A stretch of 64,000 nucleotides of DNA, taken from NCBI GenBank assembly GCA_051294905.1, contig CM119372.1, positions 3,908,001 to 3,972,000 on the forward strand, written 5' to 3'. Shown here piece after piece: positions 55,442-64,000 of this stretch. Every line of letters begins with the position of its first letter. The first letter of the stretch is position 1. The notes beneath the pieces are model-generated. The model had not been told where the DNA came from, searched no databases, and worked only from the letters and a program-made list of their open reading frames with translations. The position numbers and the translations under genes were made by a program. This DNA is from Botryllus schlosseri (taxonomy: Eukaryota).

Positions 55442-56609
55442 ACGCTATTGGTGTATAGCTAAATAAAATAGAGGCATTATCAGTGAACTAGACTACCAAC
55501 CTATAGTTAGTTGAGGGCCACAAATAACTGTTTTCATTAGCGGTTCTAGTTGAGGGTTGTGAAAGGTGAATGGTTCTAGTTACACATTAAAAAAAAAATG
55601 TTCTGCATTAAAAAAATAATGTAGAATGGTGACAAATGTGTGCTTTTCTGGAATTGATGGGCCTGGGGCATTACTAGCTCAGGGTCTTACTGGACCACAA
55701 TCTAACCACCTAATTTTTGTCGCTTGCCGTTTTGTGATATTCTGCTAGTCTACCATATAACTATTCATACAGTGTGCAACTGTGAATGCCTCATCTCTAC
55801 ATCGGCTAGGCCAAGGTGGGTGTCTGATTTGAGTGATTTCCACGACGTTTCGACACCTTCCTCTTTTTACTGTATCGCAAGCTTGTGATGCATTGAAAGG
55901 AGAACTTTTTACAATAAAATGAACTGAACCCTGAACCCCTTCCATTTCAAACTTAACACCCGTCTTTTTGAAATGTCGATTCTATCCATGTTATCTCCAA
56001 TATTTCTTAGCTCATTTATATTTCAGTATAATTATCTGTTACTGGTTATATAGTTAGGGCCACTGGTAGGTAGTCAAAGGTCGTTTGTTGCAGCAGCTAA
56101 TTTTGAAAAGTAAGTAGCTATAGTTTTGCTTCTATTTGGGCATTTTGAAAATCGCGTAGTTTGTAAAGTCTGGGCATACCGTAGCGGCAATACGAAAACG
56201 CTAGATATCTCGTCGGTGATAAAAAATGACTACAACGACGGTAATAACATACCTATCAGTGCTGCTGGTAACAGCGTTCGGCCACTGCTACCTCTACACC
56301 TTTGCTCTGACGCGAAACTGGTTATAATACAGGGCTGTCGCCTGTATCATAAAATGGCGTGACGTCCCTTCGAATACCGAGAAGAACAAACAGGATGATT
56401 GCTCTCTCCGAGTGAAAAAACGTTGCTGACGTCACCATCGCACTTTACTCTTCACGGGCAGCAGACCGTGTTGCCTGTGGTCGTCAAGGGCGAGTGCTTG
56501 TTCGCGTAAGTGAGCCAAGTGCGTCATATTTTTCGACATATAAATTCTAGAACAGTGGTTCCAAAACTTTTTTGGCTTGCGGCACACTACAAAAATTATA
56601 GAACACTCT

Positions 56610-58030
56610 GAACAGTACTATGATATCTTGGAGAAACGAAGTGTGGGGTGTAGCATTTTTCTTGATCTAAAAAAGCGTTTGACTGCGTCGATCACAGTAT
56701 TCTTCTCTCGCGCTACGAGTTCCGGGGTCCACCTCCACAACTATAAGCTCATGAAAAGCTACCTGACTGGGAGATATCAAATGGTTTCGATACCCAACAC
56801 CTTGTCCTCCCCCCACCTTGTTACCTTGGTGTTCCGTACGGCTCAGTTCTTGGACCGGTCCTTTTTACTTTATATGTCAATGATATCTTTGAAACCTCAT
56901 CATTGAATGCAACACTGTTCGCTGACGGTACTCACCTCCTATCTCACGCACCTACTACCGCAAGCTTGAATGCCATCACCCGTGATCAATGCCCAAATTG
57001 CATGATTGGACGTCCCATAATAGCTTCGGGTTAAAGCTGCGAAATCCTAATTATTGGTCGTGAAATCCTGCGATAACCTAACCGTTGACATCGCTGGCCA
57101 ACCGATTTCCAACGCAAAAAATTCCAAATACCTTGGTGTTTAACTGGATTCGGACATGTCTTGGAAGAGTCACATACAATCACTCAAACTATCGAAGGTA
57201 GGCTATGTGGTCTGTTTCGCCGCCTAAGCTACACTCTGCCAGTTAGGGTTCTGTTGATACTCTTCAACACTCTATTCCTATCAAAGTTTCAACACGGAAT
57301 TTCTTGTTGGGGTGCTGCCTTCAAGAATACGATTGACCCACTGCAAAAACTTCAAAATCGGATCATCCGTATCATTGCCCAAGCCTCACGGGGCCTGGAG
57401 GTGCAACTGATAAATCACTACTCAAAATATTTGGTGTTTTAAACATAGAAGATATGAGCAAGCTAGGAATTGACAAGTTTATTATGTATCGGTTCCATTG
57501 CGGTCAATGTCCCTCAAATTTCAACGACTACTTCACCTCGGACTCAAAAGCGTACAGCAAGTACAGCACACGCGCGTCAACGAAGAACAACTACCATATG
57601 ATCAGGACGGAATACAAGAAAACGCATTGCTCTATCAAGTTATGCCGGACCCCGATTGTGGAACAGCATCTCGCCGGCTATCCGACAGTCGTCGATCATA
57701 TGTCCGCATTCAAGTCGAAATACATGCAATTTCTTCTAAATGAATACTAGCCTGCCATCAGGATTACCGGACAACAACCTAACATCGACCTCGCCTCCGC
57801 GACATGCTACTTCATTTTGTCGCTTGCGTCTTATATTATCTGCATTACTTTTCATTCAGTGTGCAATGTGCATTGTACATGCCTCTTCTTTACTTCGCCT
57901 AGGCCAATGTGGGTGTCTGATCTTAAAGACTACTCCAAGTTGTTTCGACACCTTCCTATCTTTTCATTATATCGCAGTTTTGTGGTGTTTTGAAACGACG
58001 AAAATATTAATGAAACTGATTGACTGACTA
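56610..58030 (+). mobile_element. Decayed CR1/L2-group LINE (RT domain to 3' UTR)
   Basis: Frameshifted RT motifs IFLDLKKAFDCVDH, GVPYGSVLGPVLFTLYVND, LFAD, KYLGV and LQKLQNRIIRII; 3' UTR shared with 5015-5647. Confidence 0.88.
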
Positions 58031-58752
58031 TAGTGATGTGATGGCTTATGGCTATATCCTTATTTTTTTGAACATGCAATTGAAACGAGGCTGTATTGTT
58101 GACAAACATCCCTGCATTTCTTCGTCAATTTCAAGCAGTCTCTATCGTGCACACCTGCAAATTAGGGCTGTTCAAAAATAACTTTTTGTTCGGGATTCCA
58201 GCCATTCAGTCATTAAATTGTCGGGTTACCCTAAAAAAAGCTGCACACCAAATTTGGTTCAATTCTAACAAGTATAGGGCTCCGCAGATCCAATTAAAAT
58301 TTTTAATTTAAATAGGAGAATTAAAAAAAAAATTCTGTCAACGCCATGAAATTGTTGAGCTGTCTTCAGAGACGATGCAAAACAAATTTCAGTCAATTCC
58401 GACCAGTAGAAGCGAAGTTATGTGAGTTTTTCATTGATAAATCTCGGATTATCCACCGATCAAATAGTGCGGCAGCCTTCGTGTATCTGGCTGCCTCTTT
58501 TGCTTCTGGACGCTTTGGCGGACGGACACGGACGACGAACGTATGATAAAGTCTCTGCAGCAGTTGTTGAATCGGGTGATCAACTACAGACGGAGGTCTT
58601 TTACACCTAGTATGTATAGTAATCGGGTATTTAAATTGAATGAAGTAAGTAGATGCTTTATAAATACTGTATAGTTCTGGTAAGCATTTATACAGCAGAA
58701 ACGTTGTGGACGCCACCGCTGTCAAGTATGATCGACAGTTGCTACATATATC

Positions 58753-60468
58753 CAGAGGTGGTCAGTAACGAAGTACTTCTACTTTTTGGAAGTAATCAAG
58801 TAGTTTTCATCTACTTTTGGTACTTACTGAAGTAGATCTGATTTTCTCTACTTCTACTTCGTAATATTTGTGATCTACTTACTTACTTTTCGCTATTTTC
58901 AGTTTGTCAAGTAGAAGTAGTTCCATCCCCCAATACGAAAGATAGCCTGAGGAACTTCGGGGCTGTTTTCGCGGAGTACCAACATTTAATATTCATAAAA
59001 GTCAAGCATATAGCCAAGAAATTTTTTTGCGCTTCGCGCACAGTAATTATGGAGTGACAAATATGTTTTCACGAAAGTATCACTGAATGTAATTTAGGTA
59101 CCGGATTGCTTGGTTAGCTCACACCGCATTGTTGCCCATATCAAATATTTCATCACAGTAAATATGACTCACCATAACGTTTGAAACTACCGTTTCGCAA
59201 TCTAGCAATTACCTGTCATATCGTAATCTAGCATCCCATTACGTCTCTTGCTAATCTGGAAAATCCAGATTTTTTGTACGTTAAACCTGTTTTAGCAGAT
59301 CACCTTTGAAGCTTTATGGGCAAAAGACATGAAATATATTTTCCGCTTTGTATTTCTGTTTCAATTGCGAGTATCATACTTTGAGTTCTAATTACTTCCA
59401 GTTCTTTAGTCTGCAGAACATATATGTTGAAGCAAAGCAAGTATAGCAGTGCCTCAAGTTTCCGAAAATAATGCTACACTGAATATAACTTTTACGATCC
59501 ACAATATTTGTTATTAACGTATACTAATCGCGCAAAGTGATGAAACCGTATCCGATACAACTTCTACGTATTGCTCTTCGCCTAAACTCGGGGCCATATC
59601 ATATGTGGTAGGGCGCCATGCCATGATATTCTCTAAAACGGGGTCTTCTAGTTAACAAAGGGTTAGTATAGCATTTTCATATCAATACTATAATTTGAAT
59701 CCCATGATGCGAAAGAATGCATAATCTGTCGAAAATTGATACCTCCTGGGCAGAGATGAGCGGATTTGAAATTTCTATGTCCTAATCCAATCCAAATCCG
59801 AACCTTCAAATCCAAATCCAAATCCTAATCCATAACTTTTCAACTATTCAACTTTTCAACTATTCAAGTTCATGTCCAATCCTAATCCGATTCCAACTGG
59901 AAATTCAGAAAAAAACTAATTTATGCAATGGAGGGATTCGAAAATTTTCTTTCACAACCAACGATTCACTTGATTCAAGATAACCTAGTAACTATAAGTA
60001 CATTAATAACTGGTCTGAATAAAGTTTGTCGCCATTCGCGACACGTCATTTCAATCTCCCAGAAAATACATAAATCCAATCCAAATCCTAATCCGTTCTG
60101 AAAAAAATGTCTAATCCAAATCCAATCCAAATCCGACAAAATTTCACAAATCCTGTTTTTTCAAAACCTAATCCTAATCCATGCTCATCTCTGCTCCTGG
60201 GATGCAACAATACGAATCAAGCGCTCTGCACCTTCCCCTTCCGCACAGCTCAATTTGTAGCTTTTGACAGTCCAAGCGAACGAATTAAGATAGTTTTCAA
60301 AACTACTTATTTACTTGAGTAGATTTAAAATCAGTCAATTCTACTTCTACTTCAAGTAGTTTTAAGAGGCTTACGGAAGAAGTACTTCTACTCGTACTTG
60401 AGTAGATTTTTTCGCCACTACCTCTACTTCTACTTGAGTAGCTTTCTTGGCTACTTTGACCACCTCTG
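58753..60468. mobile_element. Second copy (inverted) of the 14327-15591 hAT element
   Basis: CAGAGGTGGTCA...TGACCACCTCTG; colinear with the reverse complement of 14327-15591 apart from the 59751-60193 insert; TSD degenerate. Confidence 0.85.
59751..60193. mobile_element. Nested hAT MITE with AATCC repeats
   Basis: CAGAGATGAGC...GCTCATCTCTG; perfect TSD CTCCTGGG. Confidence 0.9.
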
Positions 60469-60562
60469 GATATAAGTCACCATATCCTACATTGTCGCAC
60501 GCTACAATAACTCGAGTAGCAAAAAATATATGTCATTTCATCAGTAACGAGTCCGGCTAGAC

Positions 60563-60854
60563 CAGTGGTTCCCAACCTTTTTCGACCCATCGCCCCCTTT
60601 TCAAGCTCAACACCGATTATCGCCCCCAAAATTTTGTGTACCGGAAAATGGGCATTCAAACTGCAATCACCGGCGGGTTGACCAAAAAAAAATAAAGGTC
60701 AACTTTTCGCGGCTCGATGTCGAATTTGGCACTTTTGCAAGTAACTTTCCGTGGGTTGACTAAAAAAAAGGTCAGCCGTTTTGACGCTTCATATCGCCCC
60801 CTTCGCTATTTTCGCCCCCTGTCGTGGCGATATCGCCCACGTTGGGAACCACTG
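60563..60854. mobile_element. Buster-type MITE
   Basis: CAGTGGTTCCCAAC...GTTGGGAACCACTG; perfect TSD GGCTAGAC; ATCGCCCC subterminal repeats. Confidence 0.9.
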
Positions 60855-61779
60855 GGCTAGACTATCAATTAGCGATTCCACGATCTCCCGTGAGTAGTCT
60901 ACACATTCATATACATATGAACTTTTATTTTAACGAATCAGGTGATTTCAATCACACCATTTTGCATACGAATGAATAACAACCTATATGGTGGAGGTCG
61001 CGTGCCGCTGTCCAATCGATTCTCGCTAATTGGAGGCACTGATAATACGAATTGCTGAATTGCAAATGAGCGAAGACATATTAGAGATATCTACGATCGG
61101 CATTCCATACAGACGTTTAATAAACGAAGTTAATAATGTAAAGAATTTGTTATCCAAGTGACTCTATTCCCAACCAGAAGCCCCTAAATTCCCCACAATT
61201 GGGGTAATCCCCATCGGTTGGAAACACCTGGATTGGGATATATCTTTGACTAAATTTTACATCACGACAATCATTTTGCCACAGCCAATCAAATGTCTAT
61301 TTTCTACGTCAATTTGTGGGTGACGCATCGTTACATATTCTTTAAATACAATGGTTCTGTCAAATAGATATTGCGTGATGATCATCCTCCCAAAGCGCAG
61401 AAAATTATTTCCAAGTTCATCAAATTGATAAAAATATTGATGTAACTTCTTCATTCTCAGAGTCTACGATTTTAGATCTGCATTGGTTATTTACGCAGTG
61501 GAGGTTCCGATAAGCGAAATGCAATTGTAACGCGACAGCGGTCGAATATCATTCATTTTTATGATATTCAAATCGGAATAATTATATTATCAATAATATC
61601 ATTTTCATTCATATGCGCGGCGCGAAACTTTGTTGTCTTCAAATAGATGTCGACCGGGATGGGTGAGTCATGAATCACAATTTGAGATATGAACATAGAC
61701 AGTGAGCGATTTATGTGGTATGCAATCAATTTGACAAATCGAAAGTTTCATTATTGTCATGGTTCTGGAAAAACTGTCA

Positions 61780-61935
61780 AAGTATGGGAAAAGTATGGAA
61801 GTATGGAAAATACATTCCATACCATACTTGGAAAATCTCAATACCATACCATACTTGCGCTCTGCCATATTCCATACCGAAATTTCGTTCCATACCATAC
61901 CATACTTCCATACCATACCATATACCATACTTTCT
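61780..61935. repeat. GTATGG/CCATAC pentamer-hexamer repeat tract, probably a MITE subterminal array
   Basis: Repeated AGTATGG followed by (CCATA)n. Confidence 0.6.
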
Positions 61936-62998
61936 AGTACTGCCGTTAAAATGTAGGCGTGTAGTGCAACGTTTATGTTACCGCCGAATCGAGAAGTCGA
62001 TCAATATTTGGATTTTCGGAATCAGTGCTACAGTTATATTAGATAAATATTAATTATTATAAATTCTGAGCTATTTACGATGAATTGCACTACCACAGGA
62101 TGATTAGTATAGCCTACCAGATTTTACAGAGAAAATACGGCGCCCACTACTAATCCAATGTAGTGAGTTCGAATTTGTACTACCATGACGTCACTATTTT
62201 TCAATTGTGACGTAACAATTGATTGACATGTATGGCTCTTTGGGACTTAAAATGGAAAATATAGGTCTAACATGGCTCTTCAGAAAAAAAAGGCTCCCGG
62301 CCATTGTTATAGGCTATAAGCTACAATCACTTCGTTTGCGGTCAAATATTTGTTATCGAACAATGAAGGTTCAGTAAAACGCGAAATAATTTATTGAATG
62401 AAATTGGTCGCTCTCACACGTCACACCAGCGTATCGAGAACAATCCGAACATGAAAGATACAGTGATTTTTATCGACACAAATTACTTGATGACTTGAAA
62501 TTGACTCGTAAATTTTGCACCGAGTCACGAGTCAATCTGCATTTTTGAAACGCCGAGTCAAGCCAAGTCAAATCATTTTTGCAAAGTGACTCGATTATGA
62601 CAAGTCATACGAAAAAGATGACTCGAGTCATCCCAACAGACTTGCACAAACTACTGAATTTTCAAAAAGCGCAACTAGAACTATAACTAGAACTAATCAA
62701 TTTTTAAGACTCGCAACTATAACTATAACTATAACTATCCAATTTTCAATTTCCGCAACTAGAACTAGAACTAGAACTACTCAATCTTCAAATCTCGCAA
62801 CTAGAACTAGAACTAACGAAATTTAAATATCGGTAACTAACTAACTAAAACACAACTAACTAAATTTAATTCTCAATCAACTCATTCATTTTTATTTTAT
62901 TCGAATTCGGCGTTTCAGCCTTCCACATGAACGTCGGTACAACGAAATTACTGAAAAATCAGACAGACAGAACTATTCTGTAATCAGTACAGGATAAA

Positions 62999-63466
62999 CT
63001 AAACTATTTTCTGCAGCGGTTGCTGATTGCAGCGAATCAACATGAGTCGCGAAAATTTTTTTTCGTTGAATTTTGCCCACTTTGGGGAATACAAAATCCC
63101 AGCATGCGAGAAAGCCCTTTCACTGGGCGCAGATGTTGCAGTCATCCCAAGAAAATCTTTCGCCCAGTTCCGTAATTCTGGCAAGTCGGTCATATTCCGC
63201 CAACAGTTTAGCACATTCTGACCCAGGGGTAGTCGCTGTTCCCTGGCATACTTTTTCACCTCAGACGGGCCGGATTTAACTTCAAGCGGACGACACTGAC
63301 TTGGAGGTAGAAAGTTGAAGAGTGAGAGTCTCGGTTTCTTGTGCGTTGGAGAGCCAGGAGGAAACGACCCAGGCAATTTCTGCAATTTCCTTTGTAAAGA
63401 TACCTTGGGCGAATCCAGATCGTCTTCTCTTTGTGCCTGGGCAGGCGTGGTCGGCATCATCATCAC
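62999..63466 (-). pseudogene. hAT (Ac-type) transposase C-terminal dimerisation-domain remnant
   Basis: LNCWRN..DLPELRNWAKDFLGMTATSAPSERAFSHAG; adjacent AACTAG/AACTAT array at ~62670-62865; no upstream catalytic core visible. Confidence 0.8.
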
Positions 63467-64000
63467 GAATCAAATCTCGTAAGTTCAACAGACGCGACAG
63501 CTTAGTTCCGAGATAATACTCGCCAGCGCACAGCAGGAGATCACTAGTTCACATTCCAATTAGTAAACAACCTCAGCGGGAGATCGCGTGCGCTGCGCAC
63601 TGTCGATTGTTGTAAATTTGACGAGTTATCAGTGAACTCGGCATAATCAATGAATTAACTATGATCCAACAATGAGCATTTGATCCTTTGTCATGATCAC
63701 ATTAGTAACCCTAAGCGTAGTGCACATTTGCGTAAATCGTACGCGCGTACAGTGCGCATAAAGCATTTCTTTAGTTTCTTTCCTTTCTCTTCTGTTCTCT
63801 CGTTTGCTCGTCGCGTAAAGAGCCTCTTCTCTCTCGTTTCCTTACGCGGCCTTTACGCGGAGAGAGCGATTCGTACGCGCGTATTGTTGACATGCCGAGT
63901 TCATTTGTGAGAATTCACACACGCAAGGGGTCGCAAGGTATTGATGGTTTGGAGTTCATTTATGAGAATTTAAACTCGCAAGGGGTCGCAGGTTTTAAAA

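Overview
Eukaryotic (animal) genomic DNA, AT-rich, with ~60-nt minimal introns and dense DNA-transposon debris. The gene set and layout suggest an invertebrate deuterostome, possibly an ascidian (inference only). Six host genes can be built exon by exon with GT-AG boundaries and consistent phases: SLC48A1/HRG1 heme transporter (+), THOC6 (-), a 15-exon LIM kinase (+, ~1269 aa with an unusual N-terminus), an intronless PAIP1 (+), COMMD4 (+) and an intronless BED-finger/BTB gene (-). An apparently intact Buster/Charlie-type hAT transposon (593-aa ORF, perfect TIRs and TSD) sits in the last COMMD4 intron, and many 8-bp-TSD MITEs surround it, several nested. Other repeats are CR1/L2-like LINE remnants, a 3.5-kb palindrome-of-palindromes element, and a foldback element with head-to-head telomere-like TTAGGG arrays. 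The most interesting leads are the LIMK first exon with two candidate F-actin-binding motifs, the hierarchical palindrome, the BED-BTB gene, the telomere-like foldback, and palindromic repeats that recur as halves broken at their hairpin axis. All calls were made by eye; no searches were run.
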